64,000 nucleotides of DNA from Candidatus Obscuribacteraceae bacterium (GTDB lineage: Bacteria; Cyanobacteriota; Vampirovibrionia; Obscuribacterales; Obscuribacteraceae): NCBI GenBank assembly GCA_044226015.1, contig JBGAHS010000004.1:576001-640000 (forward strand), in the 5' to 3' direction. The notes below the pieces were generated by a model that did no database searches, had not been told where the DNA came from, and worked only from the letters and a program-made list of their open reading frames with translations. The position numbers were made by a program, and so were the translations under genes. Positions 18,932 through 29,784 of this stretch are shown here, piece by piece. How positions within the stretch are numbered: position 1 is the first letter of the stretch; each line of letters begins with the position of its first letter.

Positions 18932-19080
18932 TTGGACCGCCTCCAGCCAGATTACCGCTTTGCAAACGATGACTAAGGGTATCAGATTGCCAGAATGCTT
19001 TCCAGTGGAGCAGTGAAGACTGGTATACTGGTTTGTTCACAGTAATTTACCCCAAACCAGTTCGGTCGAAGGGAGGAACA

Positions 19081-21717
19081 ATGTCACTTTCCGGAGCGGA
19101 AATCCGCCAGCGATTCATTTCTTATTTCAAGGACCAGCGCGACCACTTGCATCTGCCAAGCGCGAGTTTGATCCCTGACAATCCAACATTGCTGCTGACA
19201 TCAGCGGGAATGGTGCCTTTCGTCCCTTATTTTCTCGGACAGGCACCGCCTCCTAAGACAAGAATCGTTACGTGTCAAAAATCTGCCAGAGCCGGTGGAA
19301 AAGACTCTGATATCGAAAATATCGGACGTACCGCTCGACACCACAGTTTCTTCGAAATGCTGGGTAACTTCAGCTTTGGTGACTATTTCAAGAAAGAAAT
19401 AATTCCCTGGTCTTTTGAGTTTTCAACAAAAGAGTTGGGGCTTGATGCTGAGCGCATCACTGTGACAATTTTTGAAGGCGACAATACCGTTCCCGCTGAT
19501 GAAGAAGCGTTTTTGATCTGGCGTGACAAAGTTGGAATTCCTGAGGCGCGTATCAAACGTATGTCTCGGAAAGACAATTTTTGGGGACCTCCTGGACCTA
19601 CAGGTCCTTGTGGACCGTGCTCAGAGTTGTATTACGACCGCGGACCAGATGTTAAAGATCTTGCTGCTGCAGAAGCAAATGATGACAGGTTCCTTGAGTT
19701 CTGGAATCTCGTCTTCATGGAATTGTTCAAAGACGAAAATGCGCTATACACTCCCTTAGCCGCTAAAAACGTTGACACTGGCGCTGGGCTAGACCGCATC
19801 GCGATGCTTTTGCAAAAGACAAACAATACTTTCGAAACAGATTTGCTTTTCCCCATTCTACAAGAAGTAAGCAAACTATCTGGTGTCAAATATGGTACCA
19901 GCCCAGAGTCTGATGTTTATTTGAAGATCGTAACTGACCACGCACGTGCTGTTAGTTTCCTGGTCACCGATGGAGTCAGAACTAGCAACATAGGAAGAGG
20001 TTATGTTCTTCGATTTATCATCAGAAGAGCGGCTCGCTTCGGGCGCTTGCTCGGGCTTGAGAAGCCCTTTATCTACAAGCTTCTGGACAAAGTAATTGAG
20101 ATTTATGGTGGGCACTATCCTGAGCTCAAGCAGCAAGCTGAACTAACACAAGATGCCATTCGCAAAGAGGAAGATCGTTTTGCTCTTACCATTGATCGCG
20201 GCATGGGTTATCTCAATGAGATTCTTGAGCGTCCTGAAAAAGAGATTCCGGGTGATGATGCTTTCAAGTTGTACGCCACCTTCGGATTTCCTCTCGAGCT
20301 CAGCACAGAAATCGCGCTAGAAAAAGGCAAAACTATTGACACTGAAGGCTTCGCCAGAGCCAGAGAAGAGCATGAAAAAGTTTCATCAGTAAACAAATTC
20401 AATGTGATTCTCACTGGAGAAGAAGCGTTAGGTGAGATTCTGAAGAAGCACGGCGCTACGTCCTTTACTGGTCATGAGAAACTGGAAGATGACGCAACCG
20501 TCCTTGCTCTTGTAGGCAAGGGCAAATTGATTCAGCATGCAGAAGAGGGGCAAGAACTCGAAGTTGTACTCGACCACACTCCTTTCTACGCAGAGTCGGG
20601 TGGTCAGCTCGGAGACCACGGGCTGCTTTCTAATAATGATTCGAGAATGGAAGTTCTCGACACTAAGAAGCACGAAGGGCTGGTAGTGCATCGCGTAAAA
20701 TTCCTGTCTGGTGCTCTTGAGCCAGGCGAGACTTTGCATGCCAGTGTGGATAAGGACCGTCGTGAAGCCACAGTGCTTCACCACAGCACTGCACACTTGT
20801 TCCATGCTGCTGCCAGAAAGCTGTTGGGCAAGCAGGTTCAACAAGCTGGTTCGCAAGTCGGACCTGAATCTATGCGCTTCGACTTTAGTTTCGAAAGGCA
20901 GCTGAAGCCTGCAGAACTTGCAGCTGTAGAGGAATTGATGAATGAGTGGGTTCGCATGAACCTGCCCGTCCAATGCAAGGAAATGTCGCTTGCTGACGCA
21001 AAGCAAACTGGTGCAATCGCCATGTTCGGTGAAAAATACGGTGACGTTGTACGAGTCATTTCGATGGGCGATGTCAGTCTGGAGTTCTGCGGTGGAACTC
21101 ACGTTTCAAACACGGGGCAGATTGGTCCTATCAAAATAGTTTCTGAAGGAAGCATTGCCTCTGGTGTTAGACGTATTGAGGCATTTTCCGGACCGCGTGC
21201 CTGGCATTACATTACTGATCAAATGAATATTCTCAGTAGTGCAGCCAGCCGCTTGAAGATAAAGCCAGAGGATTTGCTGTCGCAGATTGAGCGTTTGCAA
21301 GATCAAGTTAAAGCGAAGGAAAAAGCAGCGCAAGAACTCGAGCAAAAGCTGGCTTTTGCACAGGCCCCAACACTGTTGGAGCGAGCCGAAGCTCTAGGCG
21401 ACACTCGCCTGGTACTGGGCACATTAAAAGATGTCAGCGCAGATGCTTTAAAGAGTCTGGCAGACCATCTGCGCAAGCAGGGAAATGATCTTGTGGTCGT
21501 GCTCGGTTCTGTTCAGGGTCCGGACAAGGTCGCGCTGTCTGCTGGTGTCTCAGATGCTCTCACCAAGAAGGGTGTCAATGCAGGCAAATTGATAAAAGAC
21601 GTTGCTATCGCATGTGGTGGCAGTGGTGGTGGTAAGCCTGAACTTGCACAAGCAGGTGGAAAAGATCCCTCCAAGCTCGATGCGGCGCTCGCATCTGTGC
21701 GCTCTCAAATAAAATGA
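19081..21717 (+). CDS. alaS: Alanine--tRNA ligase
   Basis: HHSFFEMLGNFSFGDYFK, GPCGPCSE, editing HxxxH (HSTAH) and FCGGTH, GGGKPELAQAGG; RBS GGAGG before ATG 19081. Confidence 0.98.
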   Translation: MSLSGAEIRQRFISYFKDQRDHLHLPSASLIPDNPTLLLTSAGMVPFVPYFLGQAPPPKTRIVTCQKSARAGGKDSDIENIGRTARHHSFFEMLGNFSFGDYFKKEIIPWSFEFSTKELGLDAERITVTIFEGDNTVPADEEAFLIWRDKVGIPEARIKRMSRKDNFWGPPGPTGPCGPCSELYYDRGPDVKDLAAAEANDDRFLEFWNLVFMELFKDENALYTPLAAKNVDTGAGLDRIAMLLQKTNNTFETDLLFPILQEVSKLSGVKYGTSPESDVYLKIVTDHARAVSFLVTDGVRTSNIGRGYVLRFIIRRAARFGRLLGLEKPFIYKLLDKVIEIYGGHYPELKQQAELTQDAIRKEEDRFALTIDRGMGYLNEILERPEKEIPGDDAFKLYATFGFPLELSTEIALEKGKTIDTEGFARAREEHEKVSSVNKFNVILTGEEALGEILKKHGATSFTGHEKLEDDATVLALVGKGKLIQHAEEGQELEVVLDHTPFYAESGGQLGDHGLLSNNDSRMEVLDTKKHEGLVVHRVKFLSGALEPGETLHASVDKDRREATVLHHSTAHLFHAAARKLLGKQVQQAGSQVGPESMRFDFSFERQLKPAELAAVEELMNEWVRMNLPVQCKEMSLADAKQTGAIAMFGEKYGDVVRVISMGDVSLEFCGGTHVSNTGQIGPIKIVSEGSIASGVRRIEAFSGPRAWHYITDQMNILSSAASRLKIKPEDLLSQIERLQDQVKAKEKAAQELEQKLAFAQAPTLLERAEALGDTRLVLGTLKDVSADALKSLADHLRKQGNDLVVVLGSVQGPDKVALSAGVSDALTKKGVNAGKLIKDVAIACGGSGGGKPELAQAGGKDPSKLDAALASVRSQIK

Positions 21718-21900
21718 GCTAAACACCCAAGCGCGGATTTAGCTGATGTGAAAAAATGATAGTCGTTCTCTGCGTAAGAGAGCGACTATTTGTTTGCAGC
21801 CGTTAGCTTAGATGAGAAAGCACAAATATTGTCCTCTTCATTTCCTAATTTCGAAAAATGTAGCGTAGGGCCTGAGGACGTGCCGATAGAGGGGGGAAAC

Positions 21901-22866
21901 TTGCGAGTTCAAATTACTAACACAAAATCCGGAATCAGCTTCCTGAGTTCGAGTCTGAGTCCGCGTTCAATTCCAAAGCTATTGTTAGGGCTTGCTTTCA
22001 TCTACAACTTGGCGACAGCGGCTTTCGCTGAAGTGCCTGCCGTGCGCATAGCTGTAGTGCCAGGCGGGGGCAGCGGGATGGAACAGGAGGTCGTTGATAG
22101 AATCTCGGCCGATCTCCAAACAAATTCAAAGGCGAAGGTCAGTACTGTAAACCCTGACTGGTTTGTACAGTGCAACATTTTTGACCGCACGGATACTCCA
22201 GGTGCGAGTGTTCGCGTAAATGGCACCGTGGTTATCAAAACGCCTGATGGTCATATTCTGAATACAGTTTCCATGCAAACGAACAAACAGGACTTTTCCC
22301 TTTCTCCGGGTATGCCGGTTAACAAAGCCCTGGCTAATAAAGGTGTTGCCGAGGTAATCAACGGATTGGTTGATCGTGTCAGGCAGCCGCTTGCTGAAGC
22401 TATAGATATTGAGATTGACACACGCGAAAAATTGGTAACTGCGCAAACGCTTGCTGACGAGGACAAGTTTCAAGAAGCAATTCAAAAGCTTACGACCGTA
22501 ACTCAAGACAGCCCGCATTTTTCCGGTGCAAGAAAGCTGCTCGAGATTTTTCAGATGGAACAAGACGCATTAGAACTCGTCAATCAGGCGAAGGCGCTTG
22601 CTGCTAAAGGACAATACTCACAGGCGATAACAGCACTTAAAGGAGTTGACTCTAAATCGAGAAGGCATTCACTTGCCCTCGCCTTGATTTCCAAATACAA
22701 GGCGGCCACGCTTCGTCGTGCACCGGCTCGCCCGGCTGCAGTAAAGAAAAGCTCGGGCACTGCCGAGCTTGATGCTCAACTGAAAGCGCTTGAAGCCCAG
22801 AAGAAGGCGCTCGATGCTCAGAAGCGCGCAGTGGAAGCTCAAGAACATGCAATCCAGAAAAAATAA
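21901..22866 (+). CDS. Secreted hypothetical protein with C-terminal TPR-like helices and a coiled coil
   Basis: Signal-like LLLGLAFIYNLATAAFA; two AQTLA/AKALA..GQY.EAI..L..V...S repeats; TTG start after GAGGGGGG. Confidence 0.7.
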   Translation: MRVQITNTKSGISFLSSSLSPRSIPKLLLGLAFIYNLATAAFAEVPAVRIAVVPGGGSGMEQEVVDRISADLQTNSKAKVSTVNPDWFVQCNIFDRTDTPGASVRVNGTVVIKTPDGHILNTVSMQTNKQDFSLSPGMPVNKALANKGVAEVINGLVDRVRQPLAEAIDIEIDTREKLVTAQTLADEDKFQEAIQKLTTVTQDSPHFSGARKLLEIFQMEQDALELVNQAKALAAKGQYSQAITALKGVDSKSRRHSLALALISKYKAATLRRAPARPAAVKKSSGTAELDAQLKALEAQKKALDAQKRAVEAQEHAIQKK

Positions 22867-23087
22867 GGAGATGAAGGCTCTGTGCTAGAGCTTTAAATGA
22901 ATTAATCGTGCTTTTGAATGCTGCAAATGCCTTATCTGTGGGCTTTGCTTGCGAAGCACGGAGAATAAGCAAAAAAATCTCAGGAGCATTTTGCAACTTA
23001 GATCTACCATTAGGCGGTCAGTTGCGGCTCTTGGACTATACGACAGATATGAGATCGCAATACTGAAAACAAAGAGGGAGATGAACG

Positions 23088-24125
23088 ATGAGAATGCGCC
23101 AGATAGGCTCTCTGTGTATGACACTGTCCCTGGTGGCAATGTCGCAATGCCAGACACCCGCGCATGCAGATGCAAAAAGACGCATCGCTGTTTTGCCATT
23201 TGAGTATGGCTCTGTCAGCCAATATGTCGGAACCTATGACGTAGGCAAAGGCGTTACCGAGCTTATGATCAACAAGTTGGTGAGCGACGGCACTTATAGG
23301 GTAGTCGACCGCCAGATGCTCGACCAGATTTTGAAAGAGCAAAACCTTTCTGTCAGTGATCGTGCTGACCCTCAGACAGCAATTAAAATCGGTAAGATTC
23401 TCGCTTGCGATGCCATGGTTGTTGGAACTGTCACAAATTTCGGTTTTGAATCTAAGTCAGTCAGTGTTGGCGCTGTCCCGAGTATCGCCAGCAGTTATAT
23501 TCCGTTTGGTGGCGGTCTTGGTGCCTTGAGTGGACTCGGAAGCAAGAAGAGCAAAGTGAAAGTTTCAATCAGTGCGAGAATCATTGACACTGCAACCGGC
23601 GAAATTCTAGGAGTTGCTGAAGGTCAGGGTATGTCAAGCCGCGGTGGCACCTCGCTCGGCGTAGTTGATGTATCAAGTACAGATTTCGCATCCAGTATCG
23701 CAGGTGAAGCTACGTATCAGGCTGTGAATCAGCTTGCTACCACCATAAACACCTTGTCCACAAAAATTCCAGATAACCAATCAATCGCTAATAAAGATGT
23801 TCAAGGCAAGATTGCTGATGTAAGCGGCAACACCGTCATCGTCAATGTTGGCAAAATCAACGGTCTTTCTGCTGGCGATAGCTTGCAGGTAGAGCGTGTG
23901 ACAAAAACCATCAAGGATCCAGTTAGTGGTGCAGTACTCAAAGAAGTTACTGGAACTATCGCAGTAATCAAACTTTCCTCAGTTGAATCAAACAATTCAA
24001 CCGGTGAAATCGTTAAATCGACAGGCAACGTTTCTGTCGGAGACAACGTAAAGAAAGTGACCACAGATGTGTCAGCAATCGTGTTGACTCCGCTGGGTTC
24101 TGCTAGCGCTACAAAGAAGCAATAA
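23088..24125 (+). CDS. CsgG/HfaB family protein with a FlgT-like C-terminal beta domain
   Basis: KRRIAVLPF, YRVVDRQMLDQILKEQ, TAIKIGKIL, ARIIDTATGEI; C-terminal VIVNVG...G...GD, DPVSG.VL. Confidence 0.85.
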   Translation: MRMRQIGSLCMTLSLVAMSQCQTPAHADAKRRIAVLPFEYGSVSQYVGTYDVGKGVTELMINKLVSDGTYRVVDRQMLDQILKEQNLSVSDRADPQTAIKIGKILACDAMVVGTVTNFGFESKSVSVGAVPSIASSYIPFGGGLGALSGLGSKKSKVKVSISARIIDTATGEILGVAEGQGMSSRGGTSLGVVDVSSTDFASSIAGEATYQAVNQLATTINTLSTKIPDNQSIANKDVQGKIADVSGNTVIVNVGKINGLSAGDSLQVERVTKTIKDPVSGAVLKEVTGTIAVIKLSSVESNNSTGEIVKSTGNVSVGDNVKKVTTDVSAIVLTPLGSASATKKQ

Positions 24126-24146
24126 GAAGAGAGCGTTAACGAAATA

Positions 24147-24608
24147 ATGATTCGAAAAGAAGTGAAAAAAATTGCTACGGCGATGGTCCTTATAACGGCT
24201 GTCGCCGCTTCTTTTTCTATGGTTGAAGCGAAAACCAAGATTGATTGGGATAAGAAGCTAGCCAAAGGATATCGTGATCTGGAAATTGGTGAATATGATC
24301 GCGCCTTGCAGTTTTTTACTGACGAGGTCGATCACCACCCAGATGCTGGCGCTGCCCGCACAGGCTTGGGCATGGCCCTCAAAAGAAAGGGCAAGTCGGG
24401 TGAAGCCATCGCTGCGATAAGACGAGCGACAGAAGTAGAACCGGATTATGCAGAAGCGCACTATGAGCTAGGCGCATTGCTTGAATCCAACAAAGATTAC
24501 GCAGAAGCTTGCAAGTGTTTTGAAAGATATTTGCAGCTTGCTCCTATATCAAGCAAGAAAGCATCTGTGGAAGACAGAATTCGCAACTGCAAACAAAACA
24601 TGCCATAG
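24147..24608 (+). CDS. Secreted TPR protein
   Basis: Signal peptide; TPRs (PDYAEAHYELGALL, FERYLQLAP). Confidence 0.85.
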   Translation: MIRKEVKKIATAMVLITAVAASFSMVEAKTKIDWDKKLAKGYRDLEIGEYDRALQFFTDEVDHHPDAGAARTGLGMALKRKGKSGEAIAAIRRATEVEPDYAEAHYELGALLESNKDYAEACKCFERYLQLAPISSKKASVEDRIRNCKQNMP

Positions 24609-24655
24609 CGAATTCTTAGACCGCTCGGAAACCGTACGACTAAGTGAGGATCAAA

Positions 24656-25639
24656 ATGGATCAGCCGAAACAGCCAAAACAACAGGCATTCTTCGAAGGC
24701 AAATTCGTTCCTTTAGAAGATGCGAAGATAAGCATTATGACCTCCGGGTTCCTCTACGGAACTGCTGTTTTCGAAGGGCTTCGCGCATATTGGAATGAGC
24801 GCGAAGAAGAAATCTACATCTTCCGTCTGCGTGAACACTACGAGCGAATGATGGATAGCATCAAGATCATGCACATGTCATTGAAGTACAGTGTTGATGA
24901 GTTGTGCAAAATAACAGTTGAACTCGCTCGGCGTAACGCTCCTACCGGGGACACTTACATTCGTCCAACGGTGTACAAGTCTGCTTGCAGAATTGGTCCA
25001 AGTTTGGAAAATTCGCCGACGGAATTTTGCATGTTCACAATTCCATTTGGCGATTATTTTCATGGCGCAGAGGGCTTGAATGTACAAATTTCCAGCTGGC
25101 GCCGTGTGGAAGACAATGCCATTCCTGCAAGAGCTAAGATCGTTGGCTCATATGCCAACACAGCCTTAGCTAAGACTGACGCGTTAACTGCAGGCTTCGA
25201 TGAGTGTATTGTTCTGTCAGAGAACGGCCACGTCTCTGAGGGCAGCGCTATGAACGTGTTCATGATTAAACGTGGAAAGCTCATAACCACACCAATTACA
25301 GAGAACATTCTAGAAGGCATTACACGTCACACAGTTATTGAAATGGCTGAGCAAGAACTCGGACTAAAAACAGAATGTCGTCAAATCGACAGAAGCGAAC
25401 TTTATACAGCTGATGAAATGTTCTTCTGTGGAACGGGCGCGCAAATTGCGCCAATCGCTACAATCGACAAGCGCATTGTCGGAGCTGGTGGAGTTGGTCC
25501 TATTTCCGACAAAATTCGTACTCTTTATACGCAAATTTGTCGTGGTGAAGTTCCGAAATACCATAAATGGCTTACGCCTGTTTATAAGAAAAACGAGACA
25601 AATTTTGCTCAGGGTAAAACCTCAAATTCTTTGAGATAA
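24656..25639 (+). CDS. ilvE: Branched-chain amino acid aminotransferase
   Basis: YGTAVFEGLR, AK..GSY, EGSAMNVF, ILEGITR, DEMFFCGT. Confidence 0.95.
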   Translation: MDQPKQPKQQAFFEGKFVPLEDAKISIMTSGFLYGTAVFEGLRAYWNEREEEIYIFRLREHYERMMDSIKIMHMSLKYSVDELCKITVELARRNAPTGDTYIRPTVYKSACRIGPSLENSPTEFCMFTIPFGDYFHGAEGLNVQISSWRRVEDNAIPARAKIVGSYANTALAKTDALTAGFDECIVLSENGHVSEGSAMNVFMIKRGKLITTPITENILEGITRHTVIEMAEQELGLKTECRQIDRSELYTADEMFFCGTGAQIAPIATIDKRIVGAGGVGPISDKIRTLYTQICRGEVPKYHKWLTPVYKKNETNFAQGKTSNSLR

Positions 25640-25759
25640 GTCTGGCTATTTTTTGTTCTAAATTGGAATAAAGATCAGTAGAAGGAAACAGAAACTGGTT
25701 AAGAGCAACTAAATGAGTTAGCCCCGGCCATGTGCTGGGGCTAACTTTTACAAGGGAAT

Positions 25760-26479
25760 ATGAGCAAAATACATTCGGCAATTTTATGTCTTCTTGTCTG
25801 CGCGCAAGCTTCTATGGCACAGGCGGATGTTAACTCTCAAGAACAGTGGCTTCGGTATTCGAATTGGGAGCATCGCAGCTCGCGTCCCCGCCCTAGCCAG
25901 GATAAGGCTAAGTCAGGCGCGGCTTCGGCAGCTGTGAAGGCTGAAACTGGCAAAAGCAAAGATGTGCTGACGCCGCTGCCCGAAAATCCTGGGTTTGAAA
26001 CCGTCCAGGGTGGGCAATTTACGATTCCCGGATGGGCTCTAAATTCGTCTGCGGAGCCTGCTGATGCTGGTCACATTGATGTTTATCCGGGTCAAGCGGT
26101 ATTTCCTGGTTCGTTCGGAACCCTTGGCTATGGAGGAGTTTCTGCGGGTGGGTCTGCTTTTGCTGGCTCATCCAGTCCATTTGCTTATGGAATGTCTTCC
26201 AGTCGAATACCCTTTGTGGGGGGGCTTTTAGGAGGTATGCTCGCTGGGTCCAGCGGGACCTACCGACCATGGTCACGACAGAGCCCGCTGGGAGCTGGCA
26301 TAATGCAAATTCAAACCAGGCCCAGTCCGGCTTCTGGGAATTATTACCAGCCAAGTTCGGCAGACTCCTCTGCGTCTGGAAACTATTACTCCAGCGGAAC
26401 TCCCTGGCAAATTCCTATCAGTGGTCCTGTGAGCAGCCCCAAAGACTATTGGGGACCCATGGGAAGTCCGTTCAAGTAG
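25760..26479 (+). CDS. Secreted Gly/Ser/Pro-rich hypothetical protein
   Basis: Signal peptide; repeated ASGNYY motif near the C-terminus. Confidence 0.65.
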   Translation: MSKIHSAILCLLVCAQASMAQADVNSQEQWLRYSNWEHRSSRPRPSQDKAKSGAASAAVKAETGKSKDVLTPLPENPGFETVQGGQFTIPGWALNSSAEPADAGHIDVYPGQAVFPGSFGTLGYGGVSAGGSAFAGSSSPFAYGMSSSRIPFVGGLLGGMLAGSSGTYRPWSRQSPLGAGIMQIQTRPSPASGNYYQPSSADSSASGNYYSSGTPWQIPISGPVSSPKDYWGPMGSPFK

Positions 26480-26650
26480 AAGCGCTATTTATTATCAATG
26501 CAGTTCTTAACGCTGTCTTGGAAGATGTCTTGCCGAAATGTATAATCTTCATTAAACTACGGAAACGCCGATTTTTTTACCCTTCAGGGGGCAAACTCGC
26601 ATTTGCAATGTAGGCATCGCGTTTCAGTCGGCATAATTGGCTGGAAGACC

Positions 26651-29185
26651 ATGACAGACGCGGAGCGGCCGAATACACCAAAGAGAAAAAGATCGGAGCA
26701 GAACCCTGCGCCGACTCAGCAAAGCCGCGAAGATTCCGAAGCATTTAATAAAACCGATAGCATTCCACCTATCGTGCCCGCCGCCGATTCTCATCCCAAA
26801 GACGCTAACAGCGAGCTTCATCCGCCGGAAACGGCTGGAAAGCCTGTCGAAATCGAAATCCAGAAGACAGGTCAGGCTGTGGCGGTTAGCAAATCTGACA
26901 GCAAAGCAGAGCCAGAGACTGTCAAACCAGTAAATCCAAATTACACAATGGAGGCCATCGGCAAGCCTCTTTTAGAAGTTTTGGAAAAGTACGAACGAAG
27001 TCCTGAAGACATCGACAAAATCCGCAAAGCATACGAATTTGCATTTAAGAGCCACAACGGGCAGGTGCGAAAATCTGACGAGCCCTACATCATCCATCCT
27101 GTGTCTGTGGCGATCGCGCTGTCTCATCTCAACGCAGATGTCGATACTATTTGTTCTGGACTTCTTCACGACGTAATTGAAGATTGTGATGTGAAGGGTG
27201 CTGAAATTGAAGGGCGCTTCGGTTCAGATGTTCGCAAAATTGTTGAAGGCGTCACCAAGCTTGGAAAATTCAGTTTCAGTTCTAAGGAAGAGCGTCAAGC
27301 CGAAAACTTTCGCAAGCTCTTAGTTGCCATTGCCGAAGATGTCAGAGTTGTGCTCGTAAAGCTTGCAGACAGGCTGCACAACATGCAGACGCTCGATTAT
27401 ATGAAAGCTACCAAGCAAGCTGAAATCGCGCAAGAGACGATCGAAATTTATGCTCCACTTGCAAATCGCTTTGGTTTGGGTCGCTTTAAGTGGGAGCTTG
27501 AAGATCTCAGCTTGAAGTATCTCTACCCGGAGGAGTATCAGAGCCTTGAAGCACTAGTTGCAGATAGCAGGCAAGAGCGCGAGGCTTACGTAAATGACGT
27601 TGTCGATCGCTTGAAGAAAGAGCTCACTGCAAGAAATATTCAAGCTGAAGTTAGTGGAAGACCCAAGCATTTGTTTGGCATCTGGAAGAAGATGAAGAAA
27701 CAAAGCAAGGCTTTTGAAGAGCTTTATGATGTGCTTGCGATTCGAGTAATCATTGAAAGCGAAGAAGACAAAAACTATTGTGAGTTGAGTTCAGACCCTG
27801 ATACTCAAAAGTGTTATGAAGTAATTGGTGTAGTTCATTCGCTTTTCCGTCCAATTCCAGGGCGATTCAAAGACTATATCGCCATGCCTAAGCCAAACAG
27901 TTATCAGTCTTTGCACACTGCGGTAATGGGGCTGAGCGGCCGTCCTGTCGAGATACAGATCAGAACTCGCAGAATGCATTTTGTCGCCGAGTATGGGATC
28001 GCGGCCCATTGGCGTTACAAGGAATCTGGTTCTGTGGTGGCAGATTCGCAAGTCGATAAAAAACTTGCGTGGTTGAGGCAATTGGTCGAGTGGCAGCAGG
28101 ACCTTAAAGACGCTCAAGAGTATATGGACACAGTGAAGATGGACCTCTTCACTGATGAGGTCTTCGTCTTCAGTCCTCGCGGCGATGTTTTTGATCTTCC
28201 AAAAGGATCCACTCCTATAGATTTTGCTTACCGCGTTCATACTGAGGTAGGAAATCACGTCACTGGTGCTCGCATAAATGACCGCATGGTGCCTCTTGCT
28301 ACGCCAATGCGTAATGGTGACATTGTCGAAATCATAACAAGTAAGAGTGCGCACCCTCGAATGGATTGGCTAAACATTGCCATCACCCATAGTGCCAAGA
28401 GCAGAATCAGGCAGTGGTTCAAGAAGCATCATCGTGATGAGCACATTCAGCAAGGCCGGCAAATGCTGGAATCTGAATTGGGCAAATCTGCGCTTGATGA
28501 ATTATTGCGTTCTGAAAAATTCAAAGACATTGGAAAACGGTTGAATGTAAGTGAGCCTGAAGACTTCCTGGCAGCGCTCGGTTATGGTGACCTGTCGTTA
28601 TCGCAGGTACTCAATCGAGTTCGTGAGCAAGAGCAAGTTGACAAAGCGACGAAGAAAGATCCTAACGCTATTCCGTCCTACGATACGCCGAAGCCATCTA
28701 AGAGTAACGTATCCAGTTTAAGTGGTCTGATGCACCATCTGGCGAAGTGCTGCAATCCGGTTCCGGGTGAAATGATTGGTGGCGCAGTTGGTGCCGGCAG
28801 CGGCATAACGGTTCATCGCAACGATTGTGCAAATCTCTTGCGTGTGGATGAAGGTCGCCGCATGGAGCTGAGCTGGGGCGCTTCAGAAGCAGGTAGCTAC
28901 CCAACCTATTTGCTCGTCGAGTGTATCGATCGCGTGGGCATTGCAAAGGATATCATCGGTAAAGTTTCCGATAACAAAATCAATCTTAGCGATTTGAGAG
29001 TGGAAACTCATCCGCAGAAAAAAACTGCTACTATTCATCTGATTTTGGACGTCAAAGATATTCAGCAGCTTGAGGACATTTCCAAAAAGATTGAAGCAAT
29101 TTCTGATGTACTAAGGGTACAAAGGCAAAGGCATGGGCAGAGTAAGCCGCCCAGCAACAGGAGAACGAAGAAGAAGGCTGATTGA
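26651..29185 (+). CDS. relA: Bifunctional (p)ppGpp synthetase/hydrolase Rel
   Basis: HD motif LLHDVIED, KLADRLHN, RFKD, EIQIRT, TGS (TPIDFAY.VHT), CC/ZFD and ACT domains; ~100-aa low-complexity N-terminal extension. Confidence 0.96.
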   Translation: MTDAERPNTPKRKRSEQNPAPTQQSREDSEAFNKTDSIPPIVPAADSHPKDANSELHPPETAGKPVEIEIQKTGQAVAVSKSDSKAEPETVKPVNPNYTMEAIGKPLLEVLEKYERSPEDIDKIRKAYEFAFKSHNGQVRKSDEPYIIHPVSVAIALSHLNADVDTICSGLLHDVIEDCDVKGAEIEGRFGSDVRKIVEGVTKLGKFSFSSKEERQAENFRKLLVAIAEDVRVVLVKLADRLHNMQTLDYMKATKQAEIAQETIEIYAPLANRFGLGRFKWELEDLSLKYLYPEEYQSLEALVADSRQEREAYVNDVVDRLKKELTARNIQAEVSGRPKHLFGIWKKMKKQSKAFEELYDVLAIRVIIESEEDKNYCELSSDPDTQKCYEVIGVVHSLFRPIPGRFKDYIAMPKPNSYQSLHTAVMGLSGRPVEIQIRTRRMHFVAEYGIAAHWRYKESGSVVADSQVDKKLAWLRQLVEWQQDLKDAQEYMDTVKMDLFTDEVFVFSPRGDVFDLPKGSTPIDFAYRVHTEVGNHVTGARINDRMVPLATPMRNGDIVEIITSKSAHPRMDWLNIAITHSAKSRIRQWFKKHHRDEHIQQGRQMLESELGKSALDELLRSEKFKDIGKRLNVSEPEDFLAALGYGDLSLSQVLNRVREQEQVDKATKKDPNAIPSYDTPKPSKSNVSSLSGLMHHLAKCCNPVPGEMIGGAVGAGSGITVHRNDCANLLRVDEGRRMELSWGASEAGSYPTYLLVECIDRVGIAKDIIGKVSDNKINLSDLRVETHPQKKTATIHLILDVKDIQQLEDISKKIEAISDVLRVQRQRHGQSKPPSNRRTKKKAD

Positions 29186-29772
29186 TGAAATTAGTAATCG
29201 GTACAAAAAATCCCGGCAAGCTCAGAGAGTTTCAAGACCTGGCAGCCGCAGAAAATTGGCTTCAACTCGAGATGGTTGGCAACAATTTTGAAGCCGTGGA
29301 AACTGGAAAGACATTTTTTGAAAACGCCAAAATAAAGGCCATAAAGGCTGCTCAAATGACAGGAAAGCAATCTCTTGCAGATGATTCCGGACTTGTCATT
29401 GAAGCACTCAATGGAAAGCCCGGAATCATGTCTGCGCGTTATTGTGAAGGCAGCGATGCTGATCGCCGCGCCAAGATATTGAAAGAAATGGAAAAAGTAC
29501 CAGAAGAACAAAGGCATGCTGCATTCTTCTGTGCAATGGTAATTGCCAATCCCGAGGGACAGGTTGTCTTCAACACCATTCGTTGTTGGGAAGGTGTCAT
29601 AGGCTTTGAAGAGCGCGGAGACAACGGTTTTGGATACGATCCCATCTTCTACCTGCCAAAGCGCAAGGTGAGCGCTGCAGAGCTTTCTTCCGAAGAGAAG
29701 AACAAGCTTTCACATCGCGCTAAAGCCTGGATAGAAGTTGTTAAATATCTTGAGCAACACAAAGAAAGCTAG
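29185..29772 (+). CDS. rdgB: Non-canonical purine NTP pyrophosphatase (RdgB/HAM1)
   Basis: TKNPGK, ETGKTFFENA..KA, ADDSGL, GFGYDPIF, SHR; TGATG overlap with rel. Confidence 0.96.
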   Translation: MKLVIGTKNPGKLREFQDLAAAENWLQLEMVGNNFEAVETGKTFFENAKIKAIKAAQMTGKQSLADDSGLVIEALNGKPGIMSARYCEGSDADRRAKILKEMEKVPEEQRHAAFFCAMVIANPEGQVVFNTIRCWEGVIGFEERGDNGFGYDPIFYLPKRKVSAAELSSEEKNKLSHRAKAWIEVVKYLEQHKES

Positions 29773-29784
29773 AGCAGTAGTAAC

